A stretch of 64,000 nt of DNA. Source: Escherichia phage IME08. This document shows, one piece after another, positions 26,910 through 36,215 of the stretch (position 1 is its first letter; each line of letters starts with the position of its first letter). The stretch lies in sequence record NC_014260.1. One strand, 5' to 3'. The position numbers were made by a program, and so were the translations under genes. The notes beneath the pieces were generated by a model. That model saw only the letters and a list, made by a program, of their open reading frames with translations, ran no database searches and was not told where the DNA came from.

Positions 26910-27410
26910 TTAAATCTTATCTTTACCGATTTCAATGCACTGTTCTATTGCTGCTGGCACTTTGGTCTTGAGCTTATTGATTTGTTTCTTATAATCACGG
27001 GCCTTATCGAAGCTCTCGGTTTCGAGCATTTCGTAATAACGAGCCTCGTGGATGGAAATCTGTAGATTGATATGGTTTACGCACATCGCATACAGTTTCT
27101 GCTTTTTGTACAAATCATCTTGGCGCTTCATTTCTGCCTGGTGTTTGGCTAGTACCGCTTCACGCTTAGACTCTTGTTCACGTTGGAATTCAATTTCTCG
27201 TTGAGCATATTTTGCACAGTTATTACCGCATTGATTATTAGCTCGGGTATACACAAGTCCAGAACCTGCACGGAATTTCATTTCGCCATCGAATTGTTTC
27301 TGTTCAGCTGCGATACGAGCTTTACCGACTTCATCAGCCGAAACTGCATCACCATATTGGACCGCGCAACCTGATAGGAGCATACTCATTGCGATAATTA
27401 ACTTTTTCAT
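26910..27410 (-). CDS. putative lipoprotein
   Basis: 166 aa; signal peptide with lipobox LSGC; coiled-coil-like charged body. Confidence 0.6.
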   Translation of the reverse strand: MKKLIIAMSMLLSGCAVQYGDAVSADEVGKARIAAEQKQFDGEMKFRAGSGLVYTRANNQCGNNCAKYAQREIEFQREQESKREAVLAKHQAEMKRQDDLYKKQKLYAMCVNHINLQISIHEARYYEMLETESFDKARDYKKQINKLKTKVPAAIEQCIEIGKDKI

Positions 27411-27419
27411 TGGATTCCC

Positions 27420-27656
27420 TTACTGTTTAACAATGATGATTTGTGCATTTGATTTACGTTCAGCGACGATAGCCCAGATTAAAGCCACTACCCAACCAAT
27501 CATCGTCCAACCTAACAGGAGATTAAGGAAGAAAATTCCTACATTACTACGAGTGCCTCGCAGAAGAGCCAAAATCCATGGTAAAAAGTAACCGATGAAC
27601 ATAATAGCCAGAGAACCAAATCCTAAAACACCAGCACTAACGATTAAAGCTTCCAT
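27420..27656 (-). CDS. imm: immunity to superinfection membrane protein
   Basis: internal start MEALIVSAGVLGFGSLAIMFIGYFLPWILALLRG matches recalled T4 Imm; two TM segments. Confidence 0.8.
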   Translation of the reverse strand: MEALIVSAGVLGFGSLAIMFIGYFLPWILALLRGTRSNVGIFFLNLLLGWTMIGWVVALIWAIVAERKSNAQIIIVKQ

Positions 27657-27674
27657 TATAATTTCCTCTAAGTA

Positions 27675-27717
27675 GTTGATAGGAAGGATACTACCACGTT
27701 CCATGTGGTATGTAAAC
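27675..27717 (-). promoter_or_regulatory. sigma70-type early promoter (GTTTAC, 18 nt, TAGTAT)
   Basis: gttgatagg...gtaaac between gene 43 stop and imm start. Confidence 0.5.
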
Positions 27718-27719
27718 AC

Positions 27720-30491
27720 TTAAAAGTCGAACATGTCAAATAATGTTGCTTTTTTCTCGTAGTCGATTTTAGCAGACTCGGTAAAACCAGTCAGAGGCTT
27801 GATAAAGGTCTTTTGGAACAGTACGTTGTAGTCCATCCAACGGAGGACTTGGTCACGAATCTGAACCGGAAGTTCAATACCTGACGGCCATGCCATACAG
27901 GCTTCACCAAACGGGTTGCCTTCTTTAAGTGGCAGTACGTATACCTTTTCACCATCAACGATACGAGGCATAGTCAAATCACCAGCAGAAGCACGCATGT
28001 AAGCTAAGCAACCTTTGATGTGGTACGGGCATTTAGAACCAGGGAATCCACCTTCATTATATTTCTCGATGTTGTTAGCACTGGATACTGCTGCAATGCT
28101 TACATAGTCCAGTTCGTTAAATTCCTTATTAAACTGTTTGAAATATTCTTGCAAAGATGCCTCGCCTTCCTGAAGCATACGACGGATACATTCTTTCAGA
28201 GCTTTCTGAACCGCTTTAGGTGTACTTGATTTCTGAGTTTCGAGACCCATGATTTTCAAGTGTGGTTCGGCATAACGAGTACCTTCCATGTCCCAAACGT
28301 TCAGTGCATAACGTTTCTTGCCTGTCCAGAATCCACCAAGACCTTTAGAACCAAGAGGAGGACCTGCGATAGCTTCTCGGTCCATGAACATCAAGTGCTG
28401 TTTGTTGTTCATGTACTCACACATCTCACGGAAGCCTGCATCAATAGCCGGTTCCATACGTTCACGTGCAAATTTATCTAAGAAGTCGACCCAGTGGTTA
28501 GTGTCACGGAATTTATCTTCGCCTACTTTATTGATGATTGCATCTGCCTTAACATAAATGGAGTCAGTATCACCATAGAGCACGAACTTCTGATTTTCAG
28601 TCTTACACACGCTATTCAGATATTCGTTAACCTTACGTTCAATCCATTGGAGGGCCATTTGACCAAACAGTGTGATTGCAGTTGCGTTCCTGAGGTCGTA
28701 GTAACGGAACCATACGTTACCAAGTGCACCATAAAGGGAGTTGATAAGCAACTTACGGTTAATCTGAGCAGTCATACCTGCAACTTCGGTACGTTCAGCT
28801 CTGAACAACATTTCTCTTAAAGAAGGTGCTGACAGTGTTTTAATCTTGGCTTTGATTTCGTCAGAGAAGTCAAAACGATAATCGATATCCAGTGGACTAT
28901 CAACTGACAGATTAGGATTTTCTAATGCTTCTTTAATTAACTCGCCATTACGTTGAGCTGCAAGCATATAACCTTTATGTTCTTTACGCTGTAAGAACAC
29001 CTTCGTGATTTCTGTAGGAATCACACCATCACGGTCTTTATAGTACATCATGCCGTTAGGAGAGCAACTGTAGACGTCGCTAGGACGCGGAGCTGTTCCG
29101 GCAATATATTCATGTATCGGTGCGTTAGCGAATGTGCCTGCGATGGTCTCTGGGCTTATATTCACTTGTCGAATGATACTCGGGTACAGAGATGTAAGGT
29201 CGAAACTCATTACATATTTGTAAGCGTTAGGAATCGGTTCCTTAACGAAAGCACCAGGATAAGGTTGGACCACGTGTGAACGAGCCTGTGGAATGACCCT
29301 GCCTTGTTCTTTAAGGCTATTAAAGATAATAGCATCCCAAGTCTTAATTGGACTGAACACCGACTGAATCTGCATCTTAGCATAATAACCCATGTCCAAA
29401 CTCAGAAGAATGAACTGGCGTTTCATATCAATCTGCACTACACGATATACGTCGATAATGTTATAGGAAATATATCGTTGGTGGTTCGTCTCACGCAACT
29501 TGGAGATTGGGCCATCATATTTCAACTTACCTACTTTCAATTCATATTCAGAAACATAATCCAGAGAATAAGAAGGCTGGTTGGTAAAGCTGAATTTTTT
29601 ATACAGGTCGATATAATCCAGAACAGAGATACCGAACAATGTAATAATTTCACGAGCACCGTACATGTTCTCGATAACTTTAACACGAGTCTTACGATGT
29701 GGGCTTAATCGCTTAGCAGTGTTCTCACCAAACAGATTTTTCAGACGGTTATAAACGTATGGTACGTCAAACGACTCAACGTTCCACCCAGTCAAAATCA
29801 CAGGAGTTTTCTGTTGCCAGAAATTCAAATACTCAAGCATCATTTCTTCTTCGGAATTAAACGGAAGATAAACGATTTTGTCAATGATTTCTTGTGGAAC
29901 TTCGTCACCACCTTCGTCTTGGAGTTTCTCAGCGATTTTAATCGACCACTCTTTGACTCTACCGTAAGGTGAAACTAAAAGGTCGAATACATAGAATTTA
30001 TCGTCAATCGAGTCGTAGTGGGTAATAGCATCGATAGGGTGTTTAGCCTGAGCTGGTTCAGGGAATCCATCAGGAGATGTTACCTCGATGTCGAAGTTAG
30101 CAATACGAATCTTAGAAGAATCATATTTGATTTCTTTACGATAGGTATCGGACAAATAGGCTAATTTGTAGTCGTCCATACCCAGGGCTTCGAGACCCAT
30201 ATCGTCCATACGTTTCATCCATTGGGATGCATCACGCATAGAGTCGAATTCTTTCTTAACACAACCCTTACCATAGATATCAATATATTTTACGGCTTGC
30301 TCTGGATTGGCATGCATAAACATTGTAGGCTTGTAAGGAACTTCACGACTACGTTCTTTACCATTTTTATCGATGTAACGTTCGAGAATATTATCACCGA
30401 TTTGTTCGACTGTCAAATAGAATTCTTGCATTTCATTTCCTTTATAGACGAGTGATTGTCTTTTGTTTGTTGATGAATCATTATACTCCAA
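27720..30491 (-). CDS. 43: DNA polymerase (family B) with 3'-5' exonuclease
   Basis: 923 aa; YGDTDS polymerase motif, FDIE exonuclease motif. Confidence 0.95.
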   Translation of the reverse strand: MEYNDSSTNKRQSLVYKGNEMQEFYLTVEQIGDNILERYIDKNGKERSREVPYKPTMFMHANPEQAVKYIDIYGKGCVKKEFDSMRDASQWMKRMDDMGLEALGMDDYKLAYLSDTYRKEIKYDSSKIRIANFDIEVTSPDGFPEPAQAKHPIDAITHYDSIDDKFYVFDLLVSPYGRVKEWSIKIAEKLQDEGGDEVPQEIIDKIVYLPFNSEEEMMLEYLNFWQQKTPVILTGWNVESFDVPYVYNRLKNLFGENTAKRLSPHRKTRVKVIENMYGAREIITLFGISVLDYIDLYKKFSFTNQPSYSLDYVSEYELKVGKLKYDGPISKLRETNHQRYISYNIIDVYRVVQIDMKRQFILLSLDMGYYAKMQIQSVFSPIKTWDAIIFNSLKEQGRVIPQARSHVVQPYPGAFVKEPIPNAYKYVMSFDLTSLYPSIIRQVNISPETIAGTFANAPIHEYIAGTAPRPSDVYSCSPNGMMYYKDRDGVIPTEITKVFLQRKEHKGYMLAAQRNGELIKEALENPNLSVDSPLDIDYRFDFSDEIKAKIKTLSAPSLREMLFRAERTEVAGMTAQINRKLLINSLYGALGNVWFRYYDLRNATAITLFGQMALQWIERKVNEYLNSVCKTENQKFVLYGDTDSIYVKADAIINKVGEDKFRDTNHWVDFLDKFARERMEPAIDAGFREMCEYMNNKQHLMFMDREAIAGPPLGSKGLGGFWTGKKRYALNVWDMEGTRYAEPHLKIMGLETQKSSTPKAVQKALKECIRRMLQEGEASLQEYFKQFNKEFNELDYVSIAAVSSANNIEKYNEGGFPGSKCPYHIKGCLAYMRASAGDLTMPRIVDGEKVYVLPLKEGNPFGEACMAWPSGIELPVQIRDQVLRWMDYNVLFQKTFIKPLTGFTESAKIDYEKKATLFDMFDF

Positions 30492-30512
30492 AAGGGACCG
30501 AAGTCCCTTTGC

Positions 30513-30728
30513 TTAAATTTCTATTGTAAAACGTTTAGTGGTTGGATTGCCATATTCGTCTTTAGTTCTAATCATAGCCTGGAAGACTTGCTGTCCTGGA
30601 TGTAATAACTTATGGAGGTCCTTTTGAAATTCTATTTGGAGCTCTTCGGAAAGGTCAAAAACAGTTTGAGTTGGGGAAAGTCCGTATACCTCTTTAAGAC
30701 GTTCACACGTTTCAATTTCAAGAATCAT
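30513..30728 (-). CDS. hypothetical small protein between regA and 43
   Basis: 71 aa from internal ATG immediately after the regA stop; longer track ORF overlaps regA out of frame. Confidence 0.4.
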   Translation of the reverse strand: MILEIETCERLKEVYGLSPTQTVFDLSEELQIEFQKDLHKLLHPGQQVFQAMIRTKDEYGNPTTKRFTIEI

Positions 30729-30729
30729 A

Positions 30730-31092
30730 TTAATTACCAATGGTGTACTTAGACAGTAGTTCCCAATCATTTTTCTGTTTAAAGGAAATGACACGGAAGT
30801 TATTGGTGATTTCGAACAGTTCAGATTCATCTACAATATCAATCAGTCCCCAATCCTTAAGAAGCTGAGCTATGGAATCACGACGCTGATAATCTTCACC
30901 GTCGATATCGACTTGTCGACCATCCATACGCAACATCTCTTTAAAGTGGACAATATAATATCGACCTTGCTTTTGCAAAATGTGACAGGATTGATATAGT
31001 TTCTTTTCTTTATTATTAGCGATACCCATACGAGTTAGGGTCTCTTTCACTTTTAGGAAGTCTTCAGGTTGTTTCAGAGTAATTTCAATCAT
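30730..31092 (-). CDS. regA: RegA translational repressor
   Basis: 120 aa; MIEITLKQPEDFLKVKETLTRMGIANNK... nearly identical to recalled T4 RegA. Confidence 0.95.
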   Translation of the reverse strand: MIEITLKQPEDFLKVKETLTRMGIANNKEKKLYQSCHILQKQGRYYIVHFKEMLRMDGRQVDIDGEDYQRRDSIAQLLKDWGLIDIVDESELFEITNNFRVISFKQKNDWELLSKYTIGN

Positions 31093-31098
31093 TTTAAT

Positions 31099-31671
31099 TT
31101 ACCATTCCAATGCTTTCTTTTTCAAGTCTTTTTGTTCTTTAACATTTTTGGTTACGGATTTCAGGAACTCGTCCGTAACCAACCCTTTCATCTTCTTAAG
31201 CACCGCCGGAAGATGGCCTTTAATTTTATAAGTCTCGAGATAACGATAAGCGTCATCATTATTAATTGAATGGTATTTCATCAATAAACGAGTAATAAAA
31301 ACTACACTAACTTCATCATCATGGGCCTTAGCCCATTTACCAAATCTCTTACCCTTAGGAACGGCATGTAAAAGATAGTTGAAATGACTTTGGTCATCAA
31401 GTTTCAAACAGTTAACCATTGCAGCCGGCATAATGCAATCCACATGTTGGCTCAAACTATTATCGAGCCAAAATTGATTGTAGTTTTCAGACTGAGCCAA
31501 GTTACGTTGGTTCTTACCATATGTGATATCGTTCATAATGGCAAACAATTCATTTTCAGCCTTTTCTTTAAATGAATCGGCCAAGGCTTGGATAGCAGCA
31601 TCGTTACGTTGTTTCCAAGCAACTTCATGTTCGTTCAGTTCAACGTCATCATCAAAAAGACTTATAGCCAT
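31099..31671 (-). CDS. 62: clamp loader small subunit
   Basis: 190 aa; LNEHEVAW, FNYLLHAVPKGKRFGKWAK, LKEVTKNVKEQK match recalled T4 gp62. Confidence 0.9.
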   Translation of the reverse strand: MAISLFDDDVELNEHEVAWKQRNDAAIQALADSFKEKAENELFAIMNDITYGKNQRNLAQSENYNQFWLDNSLSQHVDCIMPAAMVNCLKLDDQSHFNYLLHAVPKGKRFGKWAKAHDDEVSVVFITRLLMKYHSINNDDAYRYLETYKIKGHLPAVLKKMKGLVTDEFLKSVTKNVKEQKDLKKKALEW

Positions 31672-32621
31672 TGGAGCTCCAGAGCAAGTTGGATGAACAG
31701 ATAAGTCATGTGAATTTCCGGGTTGGCCGCAATACCGTGGTATTGGTTATTTTCACCGACAATTTCATACATTCTAACAATGCTTGGTCCAGGCAATTTA
31801 CCATAGAGTTCGTTAGCCAGTGTCATAATAAAGTTGGAATAGTCATTGACATGGCGTGGAGCTAATGCACGGAGTTCTTTAAAGTTTTTATCTTTAAGCG
31901 CAGCCACTACTTCATCGATAGGCGAATTGGTATTCATTACAATACTCAAAATGCCTGTATCGATTTTACCACTGGATGAGTAACGGTCCAGTTGGTTAAC
32001 TGTTTTACGGAAGTCAGGAAAGTTTTGCTTAACTAAGGCAGCAATAACTTTAAGGTCTTCGACTTCGACATTTTCGTTTTTACAGATTGCTACAGCACGA
32101 TGAATCATTTCTTTCATCATGGATGTTTGGTCTGCCGGAGTGGCTTCACCAAATTTAATAACACGACAACGGGATTGAAGTGGACCGATAATACCATCAA
32201 TATTGTTTGCTGTAATAATTACAGAACAGTTTGAGGAATAGGCTTCTAAGAACGAACGAAGGTGACGTTGAGCTTCAGCAACACCGGCACGGTCGAATTC
32301 GTCGATAACAATTACCTTACGCTTACCTTCGATAGATTTAGAAGATGCAAAACGAGTAAGTTCATTACGAACGAAATCAATACGGCAGTCAGAACCGTTA
32401 ACAAACAGCATGTCTGAATTTGTATCAGCACACAATGCTTTAGCTACGGTAGTTTTGCCCGTGCCTGGTGAAGCAGAGACTAGGATAATGTTAGGGATTA
32501 GGCCCTTATTAACAATGGCTTGGAGAGTTTCTTTATCATGTGCAGGCAGAATACATTCAGATAAAGTACCCGGACGATATTTCTGTTCCCACATGAATTC
32601 ATTATTATTTACTGTAAGCAT
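31662..32621 (-). CDS. 44: clamp loader AAA+ ATPase subunit
   Basis: 319 aa; EQKYRP...ECILP N-terminus and Walker A SPGTGKTT. Confidence 0.95.
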   Translation of the reverse strand: MLTVNNNEFMWEQKYRPGTLSECILPAHDKETLQAIVNKGLIPNIILVSASPGTGKTTVAKALCADTNSDMLFVNGSDCRIDFVRNELTRFASSKSIEGKRKVIVIDEFDRAGVAEAQRHLRSFLEAYSSNCSVIITANNIDGIIGPLQSRCRVIKFGEATPADQTSMMKEMIHRAVAICKNENVEVEDLKVIAALVKQNFPDFRKTVNQLDRYSSSGKIDTGILSIVMNTNSPIDEVVAALKDKNFKELRALAPRHVNDYSNFIMTLANELYGKLPGPSIVRMYEIVGENNQYHGIAANPEIHMTYLFIQLALELQWL

Positions 32622-32659
32622 ATTAATTTCCTCAGGTTTGTTTTTACATTATACTCCAA

Positions 32660-32676
32660 GGGAGGAGATTCCTCCC
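32660..32676 (-). promoter_or_regulatory. intercistronic stem-loop GGGAGGA-n3-UCCUCCC between genes 45 and 44
   Basis: perfect 7-bp inverted repeat with 3-nt loop; contains SD-like GGAGG; no following U-run so not a classic terminator. Confidence 0.4.
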
Positions 32677-32682
32677 TATGCT

Positions 32683-33381
32683 TTAGAACGAGTGGCTTGA
32701 GCCTGCTTCCATAGCTAATACGTAAGAAGCTTGTGAACCTTCAAACTTAGCAGCGAAACGAGCATCTTGACCTTCACCGCGTGCCCATAGCAATACATGA
32801 TAATCAGCCGGCATCATTTTCATATTAGTTTTGTTAATAATGAATTTGAATTCAGGGCCATCATGGTCTGCAACCACTAAGGAATACAACGGTCGAGTCA
32901 ATTCTTTATCGTCAACTTGTTTATAACCGTTGATAACGATTTTACCATTGTCTACAGTGATAGCAAATGTATCAATACTCAGTCCAGAGGACACACGCAT
33001 CAACTGTTGATAATCTTCGGCTTTAAGGTCAAAAATAACTTCAGCCACCGGGAACGGAATAGCTTTGCTTGGGAATGCAATTGTGCTTGGGTCGGCAATA
33101 GGCCACTTAATAGTTGAACGTTGGTCTTTAATAATTAAAGTGGTTTGGTCTTCACTTACTGAAACTTCAGCACTATCGGATACCAATGACAGGATACTTA
33201 AGAAGCCATTCAAATCATAGATTGCGGCTTCGATATCAAAGGTGTCATTTACAGTAGCTTCACCATAACTGGCACCCGTTACTGAACGGGTTAGAATAGT
33301 GTTACCAGGTTTAAGCATGATACCTGGGTTAATACCGGAGAAGTTTTTCAGAATGTTCAGAGTTTCTTTAGAGAATTTCAT
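32683..33381 (-). CDS. 45: sliding clamp
   Basis: 232 aa; alignable with recalled T4 gp45 (ILSLV.D.AE.S.SED, ITV..GKIVINGF). Confidence 0.95.
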   Translation of the reverse strand: MKFSKETLNILKNFSGINPGIMLKPGNTILTRSVTGASYGEATVNDTFDIEAAIYDLNGFLSILSLVSDSAEVSVSEDQTTLIIKDQRSTIKWPIADPSTIAFPSKAIPFPVAEVIFDLKAEDYQQLMRVSSGLSIDTFAITVDNGKIVINGYKQVDDKELTRPLYSLVVADHDGPEFKFIINKTNMKMMPADYHVLLWARGEGQDARFAAKFEGSQASYVLAMEAGSSHSF

Positions 33382-33409
33382 AATGTTTCCTTATCAAGTC
33401 AAAAATTAA

Positions 33410-33865
33410 TTAAGCAATAACGATCATTTGTTTACGAATGGATTCAGGCAGAGATTCAATATACTCTGGGATTTGGGAAGCAACAATAGCACCGGCTTCA
33501 AGCAATTGTTCGTCAAAATCTACGCAATAATCATCTTCGAGACGTTCAGAACCATCACGGTCGATAACCAGTTTAGCACCTGCGGCCAGTGAATCATTAT
33601 AGTGGCGACGCATAATTTCTACCCACTTATCGGATACGTCGTTATCAATGATACCGTAGAGCATGAACTTAGTTTCTTGTGGAAGAGACTGCAGACGACG
33701 TGCAGAGTCGGTATCAATGTTCAGTACCCATGATTTACGGATACGGTTTTGATTATGTGGGTTGGAATCAGTACGGATAGTTTTAACTTGGATATCTTTA
33801 ACAGTAATAGCGTTAGCAAACATAATATTTTCTCTCATTTGGTTGGTAGATGTATTATAAATCAA
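33410..33865 (-). CDS. hypothetical protein (rpbA position)
   Basis: 151 aa ORF after gene 45; positional assignment only. Confidence 0.5.
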   Translation of the reverse strand: MIYNTSTNQMRENIMFANAITVKDIQVKTIRTDSNPHNQNRIRKSWVLNIDTDSARRLQSLPQETKFMLYGIIDNDVSDKWVEIMRRHYNDSLAAGAKLVIDRDGSERLEDDYCVDFDEQLLEAGAIVASQIPEYIESLPESIRKQMIVIA

Positions 33866-33885
33866 TATTTTAAAGCACTTAACGT

Positions 33886-34077
33886 TTAATCAAAGTATTC
33901 ATAAACGAACCAGGCAGGGTTCCTGTTCGACATGATTCTATCATACTCTGACTTAAAAGCATTTCGGAGATAATCTTCAGTAACAAGATGTTCGTCTCCA
34001 GAGAAGTTGTTAACTAAAACATAACGCCTTAGTTCAGGAACGGCCAACAGATGTTGGCCTGTTATAAAATCACTCAT
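33886..34077 (-). CDS. hypothetical protein
   Basis: 63 aa ORF abutting gene 46 start. Confidence 0.4.
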   Translation of the reverse strand: MSDFITGQHLLAVPELRRYVLVNNFSGDEHLVTEDYLRNAFKSEYDRIMSNRNPAWFVYEYFD

Positions 34078-35756
34078 TCCATCACCGTGAATCGTCCAAC
34101 TTTCTTCATTTGAAGATGTTGGCCATAAGCTTGTGGGTCATGGTCTCGGTGAGAGATAATAAACACGTTCGTATCCTCAAGGCTATTCAAGATGGTTGCA
34201 ATGGTCTTAACGCCTTCAGCGTCAGTAGCACTGTCAAATACCTCATCAAGAATTAACGTGCTGATATTAACACCAGATACCTTTGAAGCAATATCACGCC
34301 ATGTAAAAAGTAGTGCGATATCAATACGTGCTTTCTCACCCTGTGAAAATGAAGCATAACTAAAGTCTTCACGTCCACGTGATTTAATCGTCTCATTGAA
34401 CTCTTCATCTAGTGTAAAGACGTAGTCGGCTTCCATAATCTTCAAATAAGAATTTATCTGCTTATTAAAGATAGGAATGTATTTCTTAATAATGGAGCCT
34501 TTAATACCCGTGTCCTTCAACATTTCTGTCAGAATTCCACGATGATATTTTTCCATTACCAAGGACGATTTGGTAGAGACGATTTTATCAAGCTCTGCTT
34601 GAAGCGCGGCAATCTCTTCGGCATTACTTACGAACTCAGCAGCTGCTTGGTCGATTAATACTTTAACTTTTTTAGCTTTCTCTACAGCAGTAATGGCTTG
34701 TTGCTTATGAGTAGCTATCTGAGATTTAATAGCCAGCGCTTTATTACGTTGTTCGGTTACTTGGTCCTTAATGAGCTTGAGTTCTTGGTACTGCTCATTA
34801 ATCTTATCCAAAGATTTTTGAAGTTCAAAGTTCTTATCCTTAATTTTAGTAAGGATATTTCCATGCTCTTCCAATCCTTGCATACATGTAGGACAACTAC
34901 CACCGGTTTCGTATAATTTCACAACCTTAGTAAAGGTTGCCATATCATTCTTGATTGCAAATCCTTTATTGCTCAGGTCACTCATAGAGTTGCTAGGGTC
35001 ATCATCGACGATGACATTGAGTAATTCATCAGTCAGTTTTTCTATATTGCCCTTCGCAGTCCTGGCTTCTTTAACCAGCTCATCGTACATTAACTGTAGA
35101 CGTGCTGCGTTCTCGCCGGATAATTTACGCTGACGTTCTTCGTTGTCATTATAAATTTTAATTTGCTGGGTAATAGAATCCTGTTTAACGTCGATTACCT
35201 GGATTTGGCTATTAGTCTCACGAATCAAAGATTTGTTCAACTTGTCCATATCCGCTAATACAGAAACCTCTAACAGGTCTTCCACAAGCTTTCGGCGCGC
35301 AGGGGTCGACAAACCCATGAAAGGGGTATACCCTGCTGTACCAAGTACGACAATCTGTTTGAAACTGGCATATGACATTCCGATAAGCTGTTCAAATTCT
35401 GCTTGGAAGTCTTTACTGCTGGCAGATTCATCAAGACGTTCACCGCCACAAGTGATTTCAAAAATATTGGGTTTTTGCCCGCGCTTGATATAGTATTCTT
35501 TGCCATCATATTCCATCCACAGTTCGACCAAAAGGTCTTTCTTATTACTTGAGTTAATCAACTGCCCTTTCTTAACATCACGAAAAGGCTTACCAAACAG
35601 AGCAAATGTAACGGCTTCAAGGAACGTAGATTTACCAGCGCCATTTTTACCGGTGACTAAGGTCTTTTGGACCTTGTCAAGTTGGATTGTAATAGGTTGC
35701 TGGCCTACCGACATAATATTTTTATACGTTACTTTCTTTAACTTAAACGTTTTCAT
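34074..35756 (-). CDS. 46: recombination endonuclease subunit (SbcC/Rad50-like)
   Basis: 560 aa; N-terminal Walker A GKNGAGKST, long coiled-coil, C-terminal signature/Walker B LILDEVFD. Confidence 0.95.
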   Translation of the reverse strand: MKTFKLKKVTYKNIMSVGQQPITIQLDKVQKTLVTGKNGAGKSTFLEAVTFALFGKPFRDVKKGQLINSSNKKDLLVELWMEYDGKEYYIKRGQKPNIFEITCGGERLDESASSKDFQAEFEQLIGMSYASFKQIVVLGTAGYTPFMGLSTPARRKLVEDLLEVSVLADMDKLNKSLIRETNSQIQVIDVKQDSITQQIKIYNDNEERQRKLSGENAARLQLMYDELVKEARTAKGNIEKLTDELLNVIVDDDPSNSMSDLSNKGFAIKNDMATFTKVVKLYETGGSCPTCMQGLEEHGNILTKIKDKNFELQKSLDKINEQYQELKLIKDQVTEQRNKALAIKSQIATHKQQAITAVEKAKKVKVLIDQAAAEFVSNAEEIAALQAELDKIVSTKSSLVMEKYHRGILTEMLKDTGIKGSIIKKYIPIFNKQINSYLKIMEADYVFTLDEEFNETIKSRGREDFSYASFSQGEKARIDIALLFTWRDIASKVSGVNISTLILDEVFDSATDAEGVKTIATILNSLEDTNVFIISHRDHDPQAYGQHLQMKKVGRFTVME

Positions 35757-35977
35757 GTATTGTTCTCACGAATTGTTTGTTCAGCATATTCTAGCATTTC
35801 TTCGGAAGAAGCAAACACGTCGTCAAGTTCCATGGCCCATGAAACACCTTCAGAATATTCAGAAGTGATATACATAGTTCCGGTATACCAAGAACCATCC
35901 ACGTCCCATTCTACATTACCGAACCAGCCATCGCCAATATGAAAATCATGTTTATACATTTTCATCATTATAAGCAT
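35753..35977 (-). CDS. hypothetical protein
   Basis: 74 aa ORF, overlapping start/stop with neighbours. Confidence 0.45.
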   Translation of the reverse strand: MLIMMKMYKHDFHIGDGWFGNVEWDVDGSWYTGTMYITSEYSEGVSWAMELDDVFASSEEMLEYAEQTIRENNT

Positions 35978-36215
35978 CCTTGATGCATGATTCAGCCATA
36001 TGAATTAATGTTTCTGGAGTATCATCTACCATTACATTAAAGCTAAATTCCACAGCCCAATCAGTGAAAACATAAACCTTTACGACATCTTCGCTTTCAC
36101 CGTCAGTACAGCCTTCGAACCAGAATTTAATGATTGAAGGATTGCCATCGTCGTCAATAACCATACAATCATGTTTAAAGCATAATCCTGATTTTTTGAA
36201 TTCATCTAAAGTCAT
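35952..36215 (-). CDS. hypothetical protein
   Basis: 87 aa ORF. Confidence 0.45.
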   Translation of the reverse strand: MTLDEFKKSGLCFKHDCMVIDDDGNPSIIKFWFEGCTDGESEDVVKVYVFTDWAVEFSFNVMVDDTPETLIHMAESCIKDAYNDENV

